This document shows, in pieces, positions 47,268 to 57,357 of a stretch of DNA of 64,000 nucleotides; the stretch's first letter is position 1; each line of letters starts with the position of its first letter. The notes below the pieces were generated by a model. It ran no database searches. It worked only from the letters and a program-made list of their open reading frames with translations, and was not told where the DNA came from. This stretch comes from Clostridia bacterium. GTDB lineage: Bacteria; Bacillota; Clostridia; Oscillospirales; CAG-272. The stretch covers positions 133,453 through 197,452 of the forward strand of contig JAFVTS010000008.1 of assembly GCA_017503105.1 (NCBI GenBank), in the 5' to 3' direction. The translations under genes were made by a program, and so were the position numbers.

Positions 47268-47296
47268 TTGACAAGAACACTCTTTAACTGTATAAT
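47268..47296 (+). promoter_or_regulatory. Consensus sigma-A promoter of the response regulator gene
   Basis: TTGACA (47268-47273), 17 nt, TATAAT (47291-47296). Confidence 0.6.
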
Positions 47297-47352
47297 GTAA
47301 TTGTTAAGATTTAATATTTTTTAACAAAGTTAACAATTGGAGGTTGAAAATA

Positions 47353-48042
47353 ATGGAAACTAAGCTTCTTGTAGTAGACGATGACGTGAATATTTGCGAT
47401 ATGCTCAAACTCTACTTCGAAAACGAAAATTACAAGGTAAAGACCGCTTGCGACGGCGTTGAAGGTCTCAAGGCGTTTAAGCTTTACGAGCCCGATCTCG
47501 TTTTGCTTGACATTATGATGCCTAAAAAAGACGGCTGGCAGCTTTGCCGTGAGATAAGAGAGATCTCTTCCAAGCCCGTTATTATGATAACCGCAAAAGG
47601 CGAGGTGTTCGACAAGGTTCTCGGCCTTGAGCTCGGTGCTGACGATTTCATCGTTAAGCCCTTTGATATGAAGGAGCTTTCCGCAAGAATAAAGGCCGTT
47701 CTTCGCAGATACAACGCGCACACGAACAATAACGACGAAGAGGCTGTAAGGTTTGAGAACATTGAGATCAGCCTTCAAAGATACGAGCTTAAGCTCAACG
47801 GCAAAGCCATCGACGTTCCCCCGAAGGAGCTCGAGCTTCTCTACTTCCTCGCATCTAACTGTAACAGAGTTTTCACCCGCGATCAGCTTCTTGACAAGGT
47901 CTGGGGCTTTGATTACCTCGGTGACTCAAGAACTGTCGACGTGCATGTAAAAAGACTTCGCGAAAAGCTTGAAGGCGTGTCGGACAAGTGGTCTCTCAAG
48001 ACCGTTTGGGGCGTTGGATACAAATTTGATACGGTTATATAA
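47353..48042 (+). CDS. OmpR/PhoB-family response regulator (no adjacent histidine kinase)
   Basis: ORF 47344 (TTG)..48042; the ATG at 47353 lies 9 nt after GGAGG. Receiver domain (LLVVDDD, LVLLDIMMP, ITAKG) plus a winged-helix output (RVFTRDQLLDKVWG, VDVHVKRLREKL). Confidence 0.9.
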   Translation: METKLLVVDDDVNICDMLKLYFENENYKVKTACDGVEGLKAFKLYEPDLVLLDIMMPKKDGWQLCREIREISSKPVIMITAKGEVFDKVLGLELGADDFIVKPFDMKELSARIKAVLRRYNAHTNNNDEEAVRFENIEISLQRYELKLNGKAIDVPPKELELLYFLASNCNRVFTRDQLLDKVWGFDYLGDSRTVDVHVKRLREKLEGVSDKWSLKTVWGVGYKFDTVI

Positions 48043-48046
48043 AATC

Positions 48047-48080
48047 AAGGCTTCCCTACACCACGGGAAGCCTTTTTTTT
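48047..48080 (+). terminator. Terminator of the response regulator gene
   Basis: AAGGCTTCCC (48047-48056), 8-nt loop, GGGAAGCCTT (48065-48074), T-run to 48080. Confidence 0.8.
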
Positions 48081-48115
48081 CATTTTCAGCGAGAGTATTA
48101 TCGGTTAAAGTTTTT

Positions 48116-49168
48116 TTACACCGCTATCCAGCAGCCTTTTTCGGAGGATTCAAGTATCGCGTCTACTATCTTCTGACTGAAAGCTCCGTCGGAGAGCGAG
48201 GGGAAAAGCGGGTCGCGCTTTCCGAGCACGGCGTCAACAAACGTCTCTTCCTGCGTTACGTAAAACTCCTCGGGGACCTTTACCGTTTCGCTCTTATAAT
48301 TTTTAGGATCCCCTTCGCCTTTGCAGACCGTCAACACGGTAGGGTCGTTCAGATCGAAAGAAATCGCTCCGCGATCGCCGTAAACGTCGTAACGAATGGT
48401 ATTATTGTGCCCTATCGCGCACCTCGTTATATGGAAGCTGCCCTCTGCGCCGGAAGCAAAACGCGCGATAAAGCTACAGCTGTCATCCGTGCCCACCGCA
48501 CCCATTCCCGAGCCGTCCAGCTTCGGTCTTTCTTTTACGACGATCTGCTTCGTCGCCGTGAGTTCTTTTATATTTCCCGCCAAAAGCTGCGCAAGATCTA
48601 TCAAATGAACGCCGAGGTCACCGACGACCCCCGAGCCTGCCTTTTCTTTTTCAAATCTCCATTCAAGAGCTCTGCCTTCCCAAAAGCCGCTGTTTTTAAG
48701 ATAAGCTACGTTGAGCCCTACGATATTGCCGATATCCCCCTTATCGACGATGAACTTAGCGTATCTTACGGCGGGCTTAAATCTGTAGCTGAAGCAAGTC
48801 ATTCCAAACGTTCCGCTTTCCTTCTCTGCGTCCAATATCGAAACTGCCTCATTATAACTCATCGAAATAGGTTTTTCAAGATTAACGGGCTTTCCTGCGG
48901 AAAGTGCCGCCTTTGCCATTTCGGCGTGCAAATAATTGGGTGTACATACCTCGACGGCATCAACGTCGGGATCCGATATAAGTTCCTTGTAATCCTTATA
49001 GCACTTCTCTGCCTTTACACCCGAATGCTCTTTTGCACGCTCAAGAGCCTCGTCGTCAATATCACATATAGCAACTATCTGAGCGTTCTTGCACTCGATA
49101 AGCTCTTTGACGTGCTTAAAATTACCTATGCCGCCGAGTCCTATTACGCCGACTCTTACCTTTTTCAT
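48116..49168 (-). CDS. Gfo/Idh/MocA family NAD(P)-dependent oxidoreductase
   Basis: 350 aa. N-terminal Rossmann VRVGVIGLGGIGNFKH and an EKP motif (VNLEKPIS). Confidence 0.85.
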   Translation of the reverse strand: MKKVRVGVIGLGGIGNFKHVKELIECKNAQIVAICDIDDEALERAKEHSGVKAEKCYKDYKELISDPDVDAVEVCTPNYLHAEMAKAALSAGKPVNLEKPISMSYNEAVSILDAEKESGTFGMTCFSYRFKPAVRYAKFIVDKGDIGNIVGLNVAYLKNSGFWEGRALEWRFEKEKAGSGVVGDLGVHLIDLAQLLAGNIKELTATKQIVVKERPKLDGSGMGAVGTDDSCSFIARFASGAEGSFHITRCAIGHNNTIRYDVYGDRGAISFDLNDPTVLTVCKGEGDPKNYKSETVKVPEEFYVTQEETFVDAVLGKRDPLFPSLSDGAFSQKIVDAILESSEKGCWIAV

Positions 49169-49184
49169 ACTTCACTTACCTCCC

Positions 49185-49943
49185 TTACGGATGAAATTCA
49201 TCGCTTCTGTCAACGAGCTTTACGTTTTCGTAAGGAGTCTTTACGTTACCGAGCGTAGGTTTCGGACCGCAGGACGGCTTTGCCCAATCTGCGGCATTTT
49301 TCAAGACCTGTCTTATATCCTCTCTGTAAAACGTGGGATACGCCTCGTGTCCCGGGCGGAAATAGAAGATCTTGCCAAGTCCGCGCTTCCAGCAAGCGCC
49401 CGATCTGAATACCTCGCCGCCGGAGAACCAGCTAACGAAAACGAGCTCGTCGGGTGTGGGTATCTCAAAGCGCTCGCCGTACGTTTCTTCGCACGGAAGC
49501 TCGATAAATTCAGGCAGACCGTGTGCGATCGGGTGTGCAGGTTCGATTATCCATATGCGTTCCTTCTCATCGTTCTCACGCCATTTCGAGCGACAGCAGG
49601 TGCCCATCAGCTTAACGAACGGCTTACAAAGATGTGAAGAATGAAGTACGATAAAGCCCATACCGTCAAGCACTCTCGTTCTGACTCGCTCAGCTACCTC
49701 ATCGGGGATCTGAGCGTGCGCAAGATGCGACCACCATATGAGCACGTCGGTATTCTCAAGCGTGTTTTGATCAAGACCGTACTCGGGCATATCCATAGTT
49801 GCCGTTTTTACGTCAAATGAATCGCACTCCCGAAGGCCCTCGGCAATAGCTTCGTGAATGCCGCTCGGATAAATCTCGCGGATCTTTTCACTTTCCCTTT
49901 CGTGGATATTTTCATTCCACACCATAACTCTTGTTTTTCTCAT
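49185..49943 (-). CDS. ThuA-domain (trehalose-utilisation-like) protein
   Basis: 252 aa. Starts VMVWNENIHE, with later blocks VLIWWSH and FIVLHS typical of ThuA. Co-oriented with the oxidoreductase. Confidence 0.72.
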   Translation of the reverse strand: MRKTRVMVWNENIHERESEKIREIYPSGIHEAIAEGLRECDSFDVKTATMDMPEYGLDQNTLENTDVLIWWSHLAHAQIPDEVAERVRTRVLDGMGFIVLHSSHLCKPFVKLMGTCCRSKWRENDEKERIWIIEPAHPIAHGLPEFIELPCEETYGERFEIPTPDELVFVSWFSGGEVFRSGACWKRGLGKIFYFRPGHEAYPTFYREDIRQVLKNAADWAKPSCGPKPTLGNVKTPYENVKLVDRSDEFHP

Positions 49944-49949
49944 AAAGCA

Positions 49950-50789
49950 TCATACCTCTCTTTTATATTTATCAAGAAAACCTTTTTTATATTCCGTAGG
50001 AGTAAGCCCCGTCATCTTTTTAAACGCACGGCAAAAATAGGACGGATCGTTGTAGCCAAGTGTTTTTGACAGCTCGTCAACAGAAATATCCGACCTCTCG
50101 ATAAGCTCCTTTGCTCTTTCGATCTTTCTCGAAATACGGTATTCCTGCGGAGATATTCCCGCATATTCCCTGAAAAGTCTGCGAAAATACGACGGCGTGA
50201 CGAAGCACATTCTTGCTATCTCTTCAATGGAAAGCTCCTGCTTTTCATCCTTTTGCAAATATTCTATACCTTTTTCTATGGTTTTAAGCCCTTTGACGTC
50301 TATTCGCTTTTTACTTTCTTCATCGAATATATATGAAAGAAGTCCGAAAATATCGCGTATTAGCTTCAAGCGGGATTTGGACGGAAGCGAATACTCGTAA
50401 ACGAGCCTTTCAAGAAGCGCGGTTATCCTTACATTCTCAAGGCAGTCGTAAATTATTCTGATACCGTCGGACAAAATGAAACTCTCATCGTCGAATAACC
50501 TGAATTCAACGAGAACCGTGGATACCTCCTCCGTGCACTCAAAGAAGCGAACTTCGTACTGCGCCGATTCGGGGATGTAAACGAGTGCTCCGCGAGGCAC
50601 TTCTATCATCTCCCCACCCCGTGGTATAAAGGCTCCCGACGCACCGCGAAACCATAAAAACGCGCTCTGCGGGCGTGGATTCTTCATAACGAATACCGAC
50701 CCCGAAGTCCACCTTTGATTGATGGCGAACACGGAATTTATTTTTATATCCGCACATTCGGAAAGCTCGATCATATCTATAACCTTCAT
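49950..50789 (-). CDS. AraC-family transcriptional regulator
   Basis: ORF 49950..50816; the ATG at 50789 follows GGAAGGAGAGG. Cupin-like N-terminus and C-terminal double HTH (SIEEIARMCFVTPSYFRRLFREYAGISPQEY, LGYNDPSYFCRAFKKMTGLTPTEY). Confidence 0.88.
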   Translation of the reverse strand: MKVIDMIELSECADIKINSVFAINQRWTSGSVFVMKNPRPQSAFLWFRGASGAFIPRGGEMIEVPRGALVYIPESAQYEVRFFECTEEVSTVLVEFRLFDDESFILSDGIRIIYDCLENVRITALLERLVYEYSLPSKSRLKLIRDIFGLLSYIFDEESKKRIDVKGLKTIEKGIEYLQKDEKQELSIEEIARMCFVTPSYFRRLFREYAGISPQEYRISRKIERAKELIERSDISVDELSKTLGYNDPSYFCRAFKKMTGLTPTEYKKGFLDKYKREV

Positions 50790-50884
50790 TATAAGCCTCT
50801 CCTTCCACAAAAACAATTATAACATTTCGTTCTGCTCTTGTAAAGTTATAAAACGCTACTTAATCGGTACTTTTCGATACAAAT

Positions 50885-50929
50885 AAAGAGAAAAATCCGC
50901 AGAAGAGCTTTCGTAGGTCCTCTGCGGAT
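50885..50929 (-). terminator. Terminator of the topoisomerase A-subunit gene
   Basis: Minus strand ATCCGCAGA, 17-nt loop, TCTGCGGAT, followed by TTTTTCTCTTTATTT. Confidence 0.7.
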
Positions 50930-50935
50930 AAGTTA

Positions 50936-53164
50936 TTAAATATCGAACTGAAGCTGACCTATGAGAGTTCCCGCAGACGGAATGGCAAGCTTTTTGCATT
51001 TTGCCGCTTCCTCGCCTATAAGATCGATGCGCTCAGTCGCGATATCGACCTTTACGTTGCCCTTTTTAGGAAGCTGCAGAAGCTGAACGCCCGCTGCCGT
51101 TCTCGTCGTTTTTTCGGGTATCAGCGAGCTCTTGATAAGCATTGCCTTATTGGCGTCGCTCCTGATAAATACCTGAATGGGTTTATCACCCTCGTATATC
51201 GCTCCGACTGGCTTTGACGCCGTGGAGAAAGCTCCTGTTATCTTTTTTCTGCGGCTCTTCGCCTCGTATACGCTCATCGGGACTCGCACGCCCTTGCCGT
51301 TCTCAAAAACGTAGATCATATGATGTGTGGGAACTATATCGTAGATCATCTTGCAATTTATGACGTGCTCGTCATCGTCCATTCCGAGCTTTGAAGGAAT
51401 GTAATCACCCATATTGGACGCCTTCGAAAGATCGAAATCGGAAACTCGCGCGCGATAAATCTGCCCCTTGTCGGTAAAGAACAGCACGTCGCCTCTGTTA
51501 TCGGTGTCCTCCTCGTAAATAACGAAGTCACCCTCCTTGAGCTTGTGCTCGTCGGCAGACCTCGCCGCTTGCACGGACAGCTTCTTGAAATATCCGCTCT
51601 TGGTCATAACGAGACGGCAATTATAATTCTCGAAGAATATGTCTTCCTTGGGAAGTGCGTCTTCGGTCTTTTCGACTATCTCGGTCTTTCTCGGTTTACC
51701 GTACTTCTTTTTGATCTCTTGAAGCTGGGCTATTATTTTCGCCTTGAGCTTAAGCTCGTCCTTGAGCGTTGCCTTGATATCCTCTATCTCCTCCGTCAGA
51801 GATTTTATCTCCTGGATCCTATTGAAGATATACTCGCGGTTGATGTTTCTGAGCTTTATTTCCGCTATATATTCAGCCTGCGGCGTGGTAAGTCCGAAGC
51901 CTGCTGCAAGATTAGGAACAACGTCCTCATCCTTTTCGGTATGCCTAATTATCCTTATAGCCTTGTCGATATCAAGCATAATAGTCGCAAGACCGCGCAA
52001 AAGCTCACACTTCGTTTCTTTCTTATCAAGATCGTATTTCAGCTCGCGCGTAACGCACTTCATTCTGAACTTTATCCACTCGCCGAGTATCTCGCGCACG
52101 CCAAGCTGCATCGGCGTTCCTTCGACGAGAATATTGAAATTGCAGTCAAAGTTATTTTCAAGCTCGGTAGCGGCAAAGAGCTTTTGCATAACGAGCTCGG
52201 GATTTGCTTCCTTTTTAAGATCAAAGGTAAGCTTAAAGCCGTTGAGATCTATCGCGTCACGAACGTCCGAAACCTCTCGAAGCTTGCCGACTTTTATCAT
52301 ATCGGTAGCTTTTTTCATTATGGTTTCGATGCACGAGGAATACGGGATCTCAAGAACGTCAATGCAGTTTTCCGACTTTACGTACTCGTATTTCGCACGC
52401 ATTTTGAAGCTTCCGACGCCGGTTTCGTAAATCTTTTTCATCTGCTCCCTGTCGTATATGATCTGAGCACCGCCCGGGAAATCGGGAGCCTTTACTATAT
52501 CAAGCATTCGGTCCACGGTCGTGTTTGGATTTTTAAGGAGCGCGATAGTTCCGTCGCAAATTTCGGAAAGATTGAACGAGCATATCGAGCACGCCATACC
52601 GACCGCAATTCCGAGATTCGGAGAAACGAGAATATTCGGGAAGCTCGTCGGAAGAAGTGCGGGCTCCTCTTGGGTGTTATCATAGTTCGGAACGAAATCG
52701 ACCGCATCTTTGTCAATTCCCGTAAATAATTCTTGGCAGAACGGGTCAAGCTTTGCCTCGGTATAACGCGATGCCGCGTATGCCATATCACGCGAATACT
52801 GCTTTCCGAACGAGCCCTTGGAATCAACGAACGGATGAAGGAGAGCTTCGTTTCCTCTCGTAAGACGCACCATCGTTTCATATATCGAAGCGTCGCCGTG
52901 CGGATTGAGCTGCATCGTGCGTCCGACGATATTTGCGCTCTTTACTCTGTCCCCCTTCAAGAGCCCCATTTTATACATAGTGTAAAGAAGCTTTCTGTGA
53001 GACGGCTTAAATCCGTCTATCTCGGGAAGAGCGCGCGAAATAATGGCGCTCATCGCATATGGCATATAGTTCTTTTCAAGTGTTTCGGTTATTGGTTGCA
53101 GAGTCGCCGCCGACTCATTTTCTTTAGGATTCAGTACTTCGTCTTTTTTCTTTTTTCTTGCCAT
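50936..53164 (-). CDS. Type IIA topoisomerase subunit A (ParC/GyrA-like), no adjacent B subunit
   Basis: ORF 50936..53179 (GTG). An ATG at 53164 (MARKKKKDE..) is an alternative start. Motifs RALPEIDGFKPSHRKLLY, HPHGD, active-site AASRYTEAKL, and a beta-pinwheel-like C-terminus. Confidence 0.85.
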   Translation of the reverse strand: MARKKKKDEVLNPKENESAATLQPITETLEKNYMPYAMSAIISRALPEIDGFKPSHRKLLYTMYKMGLLKGDRVKSANIVGRTMQLNPHGDASIYETMVRLTRGNEALLHPFVDSKGSFGKQYSRDMAYAASRYTEAKLDPFCQELFTGIDKDAVDFVPNYDNTQEEPALLPTSFPNILVSPNLGIAVGMACSICSFNLSEICDGTIALLKNPNTTVDRMLDIVKAPDFPGGAQIIYDREQMKKIYETGVGSFKMRAKYEYVKSENCIDVLEIPYSSCIETIMKKATDMIKVGKLREVSDVRDAIDLNGFKLTFDLKKEANPELVMQKLFAATELENNFDCNFNILVEGTPMQLGVREILGEWIKFRMKCVTRELKYDLDKKETKCELLRGLATIMLDIDKAIRIIRHTEKDEDVVPNLAAGFGLTTPQAEYIAEIKLRNINREYIFNRIQEIKSLTEEIEDIKATLKDELKLKAKIIAQLQEIKKKYGKPRKTEIVEKTEDALPKEDIFFENYNCRLVMTKSGYFKKLSVQAARSADEHKLKEGDFVIYEEDTDNRGDVLFFTDKGQIYRARVSDFDLSKASNMGDYIPSKLGMDDDEHVINCKMIYDIVPTHHMIYVFENGKGVRVPMSVYEAKSRRKKITGAFSTASKPVGAIYEGDKPIQVFIRSDANKAMLIKSSLIPEKTTRTAAGVQLLQLPKKGNVKVDIATERIDLIGEEAAKCKKLAIPSAGTLIGQLQFDI

Positions 53165-53175
53165 TTTCCTCACCG

Positions 53176-54213
53176 TCACAATTTTATTATCGTATGCGCT
53201 GCCGCGCGAATCATTCTGTTATAAAGGGCAAGACCTATGCCCTCGGTTCGCGGAAGCGGCGCGTATATTACGGAGTGTCCGCACTCATCCGCCTCTCTCA
53301 AAAGCGCAAAAAGCCTTTTTGCTTGCGATTCCTCGTCAAGCCTCGGACCAAGCCTGTAAAGCGTGACTCCGAGCAATCTCGAAAAATACGTTTCATCTTC
53401 GTCATATACAAAAAATGCCGTGTTCTGCCCCGTTTTATCGCCAAGAAAATCAAAAATTTTCTCTTTTTCGCCGTCCAAAAGAACGAAGGTGGCGCGGGGA
53501 GCATAATGCTTATATTTCATTCCCGGCGAAATTGCAGTTTCGCCTTCCCGAAGCCCCTCGGTCACCGCCGACGCAAGCTTCACGTCAAAAGAAGCGGCAA
53601 GAAGATCCTCTCGCGTGATCTTACCGGGTCTTAAAAGCACCAGACTGCCGTCATTCTCGATTTTAACGATAGTGGATTCAAGACCGAAATCCGACGAGCC
53701 GCCGTCTATTATCATATCTACTCTGCCCATCATATCGTCTATGACGTGTTTGACGTTCGTAGGTGACGGCGAACCTGAGAGATTTGCCGAAGGTGCGGCA
53801 ATTGGCCTTCCCGACAGAGCGATAAGCTTGTTGGCAATAGGATTCTCAGGGCACCTTACCGCAACCGTAGGGAGTCCGCCGCGCGTTTCGAGCGGAACGG
53901 TGTCCTTCGCCGTCATCACAACGGTAATAGGACCGGGCATAAACAGCTTGGCTATTTTATAATAAGTATCGCTCGTGTAGGTATACGCTTCGGCTTCGTC
54001 GGGAGAAGAAATATGTATTATCAAGGGATTATCCGAGGGTCTGCCCTTCGCGGCGTATATTTTTTTTGCCGCTTGGGAGCTGAGAGCGTCAGCGCCGAGA
54101 CCGTAAACGGTCTCGGTAGGAAAGACCACAAGGCCGCCCGACCTTATGACCGCGGCGGCATCCTCAAGCAGAGGCGAGCTCGGAGAATCTACCTTCAAAA
54201 TCTTAGTTTCCAC
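53176..54213 (-). CDS. tsaC: L-threonylcarbamoyladenylate synthase (Sua5/TsaC type, with C-terminal Sua5 domain)
   Basis: 345 aa with a GTG start overlapping the prfA stop. YrdC-domain motifs VVFPTETVYGLGADA, KGRPSDNPLIIH and APSANLSG. Confidence 0.9.
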   Translation of the reverse strand: METKILKVDSPSSPLLEDAAAVIRSGGLVVFPTETVYGLGADALSSQAAKKIYAAKGRPSDNPLIIHISSPDEAEAYTYTSDTYYKIAKLFMPGPITVVMTAKDTVPLETRGGLPTVAVRCPENPIANKLIALSGRPIAAPSANLSGSPSPTNVKHVIDDMMGRVDMIIDGGSSDFGLESTIVKIENDGSLVLLRPGKITREDLLAASFDVKLASAVTEGLREGETAISPGMKYKHYAPRATFVLLDGEKEKIFDFLGDKTGQNTAFFVYDEDETYFSRLLGVTLYRLGPRLDEESQAKRLFALLREADECGHSVIYAPLPRTEGIGLALYNRMIRAAAHTIIKL

Positions 54214-55285
54214 CGCTCTCTCCTTTCAAGCGTTCAGCCGTTTCGTAAGCTATCAGCTCGTTGACTATGGGGTTCATATCACCGTTAAGAAAGGCGTCAA
54301 GCGAATATACGGTTTTATTGATTCTGTGATCGGTAACGCGGGATTGCGGATAATTATAGGTCCTTATTTTCTCACTTCTGTCACCCGTTCCGACCTGGCT
54401 CTTGCGCTCCCCTGCGATCTTTTCGGTCTGTTCGCGTTCCTTCATATCGTAAAGCTTGGTATAAAGGATCTTCATAGCCTTTTCCTTGTTCTGAAACTGG
54501 CTCCTCTCCTGATCGCACTCGATAACTATACCGGAAGGAATATGAGTCAAGCGTACGGCAGACTCGGTCTTATTTATGTGCTGACCGCCCGCGCCGCTCG
54601 ATTTACACGATTCTATCTTAATATCGGACGGATTGATATCGACCTCGACAGCCTCAGCCTCGGGGAGAACGGCAACCGTTACCGTCGACGTCTGAAGCTT
54701 TCCGTTAGACTCCGTCACGGGAACTCTTTGAACTCTGTGTACGCCGCTCTCAAATTTAAAGCGCGAGTACGCACCGTCACCGCTGACGGTAAACGTAACC
54801 TCTTTGATTCCGCCAAGCTCCGTATCGTTGAGATTCATAACCTCCGTCTTGAAGCCAAGAGATGCGGAATACATAGAAAACATTCTGTAAAGCTCCGCGC
54901 CGAAAAGTGCAGCTTCCTCACCGCCCGCGCCCTGCCTGATCTCAACGACAACGTTCCTCGAATCATTGGGGTCACGCGGCATAAGCATAATCTTGAGCTC
55001 TTCGGTTATGGCTTCCTTAGCCGCCTTTGCCGACTTGTATTCATCCTCCGCAAGCTCTTTAAGCTCCGCGTCCGCATCCTTGTCGTGCATAAGCTCTTCG
55101 GCATCGGCTAACTGCTTTTCTGCCGAATTATATTCTCTGAATTTTTCAATAATCGGTGAAAGAGAGCTGTATTCCTTCATTAGCTTAGAATACTCTTTAT
55201 TGTTGGAGATGACCTCGGGAAGCGTGATCATCTGCTCTATCTCTCTATACCTGTCTTCTGCTTTTTTTAATTTTTCAAATATCAC
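54203..55285 (-). CDS. prfA: Peptide chain release factor 1
   Basis: 360 aa with a GTG start after GAGGTG. GGQ motif (SGAGGQHINKTESAVR) and an RF1-type PVT tripeptide (RVPVTES). Confidence 0.95.
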   Translation of the reverse strand: MIFEKLKKAEDRYREIEQMITLPEVISNNKEYSKLMKEYSSLSPIIEKFREYNSAEKQLADAEELMHDKDADAELKELAEDEYKSAKAAKEAITEELKIMLMPRDPNDSRNVVVEIRQGAGGEEAALFGAELYRMFSMYSASLGFKTEVMNLNDTELGGIKEVTFTVSGDGAYSRFKFESGVHRVQRVPVTESNGKLQTSTVTVAVLPEAEAVEVDINPSDIKIESCKSSGAGGQHINKTESAVRLTHIPSGIVIECDQERSQFQNKEKAMKILYTKLYDMKEREQTEKIAGERKSQVGTGDRSEKIRTYNYPQSRVTDHRINKTVYSLDAFLNGDMNPIVNELIAYETAERLKGESGGN

Positions 55286-55335
55286 CTTATCACCTCAAAA
55301 AAGTTATTTTAACACAACGTTTTTTGAAGTATAAG

Positions 55336-56736
55336 CTATTTTATAAATGCTCTGAACGCCTCGTAGGTCATATAAACGTCTGCCTTGGACACGACCTCGT
55401 AGGGTGCGTGCATAGATATAACGGGAACGCCGAGATCGACCGTTTCAATATTATGATTTGCAATATACGTAGCGACCGTTCCACCGCCGCCCTGATCGAC
55501 CTTTCCGAGCTCTGCGGTCTGCCATACTATACCGTTTTCCGTAAAGAGCCGTCTTACGAAGCCAACGAATTCGGCCGAAGCGTCATTGGTCGAAGACTTG
55601 CCGCGCGCCCCCATGAACTTGCTCATACAGGTTCCCGAGGATATGATAGCACTGTTGCGCTTTTCGTAAACGTCGGGGAAATTGGGGTCATAAGCCGCGG
55701 TAACGTCCGCGCTTAAGCACTTCGACTTACTTCTGACAACTATTTCGTTCTTGCCAAGGGACGAGCTGATCTCTCTTATAACGTCTACGAGTATATCCGA
55801 CTGCATACCCGTAATTCCAACAGAACCTATCTCTTCCTTGTCCGCAAGAACGACCATTACGGTACGCTTCGTATCAGCTTCATCAAAGAGAGCTGTGATA
55901 GCGGGATAGGAACAAACCCTGTCGTCGTGACCGTAAGCACCGATAAGCGCCCTGTCAAATCCAATGTCACGTGCTTTAAAAGCAGGCACAAGAGAAAGCT
56001 CCGCACTGAGGAAATCTTCTTCAGTCACACCGTACTTATCATTAAGAAGAGAAAGCGCCGTGAGCTTGATCTTTTCGGAAACGTCGGGATCATCGTAAGG
56101 AAGTCCGCCTATAAGAATATTGAGCGTCTCGCCCGAAATCGCGGTGCCGAGAGGCTCGGTCGACTGACGCTGAGCGAGGTGCGGGAGCAGATCGTTGATG
56201 TAGAAAACAGGGTCGGTGTCATCTTCGCCGATCTTGACGTTAACGACTTCGCCGTCTGCCTTCACCATCACGCCGTGAAGTGCGAGCGGGATGGTCGTCC
56301 ATTGATACTTCTTCACACCGCCATAATAATGGGTCTTAAGAAATCCCATACCCGAATCCTCGTACATAGGTACCTGCTTAAGATCTATTCTCGGAGAATC
56401 TATGTGCGATGCGAGAATTCTTATTCCGTCCTTCTCTACGTCGTTTTCACCAACGCGGAAAAGAATAAGGCTTTTACCGTGATGATTCAAATATTTTTTA
56501 TCGCCTACGCAAATCTTTTCGCCGAGCTTATACTCGGTAAATCCGGCTTTCTTTGCAAGAAGGATAGACGCCTCGGTAGCTTCTCTTTCGGTTTTCGCGT
56601 CATCAAGATACTTCATATATCCAACGGAATAATCGTATATCGACTTAACTCGTTCTGCGCTCGACTCCTCGAAAACATTCTTCTTTTTGTAGGAAAGCTT
56701 TTCAAGCATCTCCTGCCCTTTACTCTTTTCTGCCAT
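55336..56736 (-). CDS. M18-family aminopeptidase
   Basis: 466 aa. Blocks ASHIDSPR, AYGHDDRVCS, LADKEEIGS and PVISMHAPYE are typical of M18/M42-type aminopeptidases. Confidence 0.82.
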   Translation of the reverse strand: MAEKSKGQEMLEKLSYKKKNVFEESSAERVKSIYDYSVGYMKYLDDAKTEREATEASILLAKKAGFTEYKLGEKICVGDKKYLNHHGKSLILFRVGENDVEKDGIRILASHIDSPRIDLKQVPMYEDSGMGFLKTHYYGGVKKYQWTTIPLALHGVMVKADGEVVNVKIGEDDTDPVFYINDLLPHLAQRQSTEPLGTAISGETLNILIGGLPYDDPDVSEKIKLTALSLLNDKYGVTEEDFLSAELSLVPAFKARDIGFDRALIGAYGHDDRVCSYPAITALFDEADTKRTVMVVLADKEEIGSVGITGMQSDILVDVIREISSSLGKNEIVVRSKSKCLSADVTAAYDPNFPDVYEKRNSAIISSGTCMSKFMGARGKSSTNDASAEFVGFVRRLFTENGIVWQTAELGKVDQGGGGTVATYIANHNIETVDLGVPVISMHAPYEVVSKADVYMTYEAFRAFIK

Positions 56737-56739
56737 TGT

Positions 56740-57357
56740 TTATATCTCCTTTTTATTATTTTTTATCTTATTTGCTATGTCGGCAACGTCGTGCTCAAGC
56801 TCTTCCTCGGTGCCGTTGTTATATATTACGTAATCGGATCTTTGAATCAAAAATTCATCACTCAGCTGCGCATCAATTCTTTTGACAGCCGCATCACGCG
56901 TAATATTATCCCTTTCCATTATACGTTTTATACGTGCATTTTTTTCAGAAATTACGCATAAAATAATATCACATTCTTTATCAAATCCCGACTCAAATAA
57001 AAGAGGCGCATCAACCAATACGGCATCGTATCCGCTGTCGGAAAGCGATTTGATGATGTTCCTGACTTCATCCAACACAAAATAATGCGCGATCTTGTTC
57101 AAGCGCTCACGCTTTGCAAAACCGTCCTCGGCAAAGACTATTTTTGCAAGCTCAGCCCTATCTAAAATTCCATCGGAATTTATTACGCGTTCTCCAAACT
57201 CGGATATCAAAGCGTTCAAGCAAGGAGAATTTACCGTGGAGGTAAGCTTGTGATATACGTCATCGGTATCGATCGACGTAATATTATATTTTTTAAAAGC
57301 AGCACAAACGGTACCTTTTCCCGTACCGCTTCCGCCTGCAAGACCTATCACCTTCAA
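56740..57357 (-). CDS. coaE: Dephospho-CoA kinase
   Basis: ORF 56740..57402. A probable TTG start at 57357, 8 nt after GGAGGA, gives (M)KVIGLAGGSGTGKGTV, the CoaE P-loop N-terminus. Confidence 0.85.
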   Translation of the reverse strand: MKVIGLAGGSGTGKGTVCAAFKKYNITSIDTDDVYHKLTSTVNSPCLNALISEFGERVINSDGILDRAELAKIVFAEDGFAKRERLNKIAHYFVLDEVRNIIKSLSDSGYDAVLVDAPLLFESGFDKECDIILCVISEKNARIKRIMERDNITRDAAVKRIDAQLSDEFLIQRSDYVIYNNGTEEELEHDVADIANKIKNNKKEI

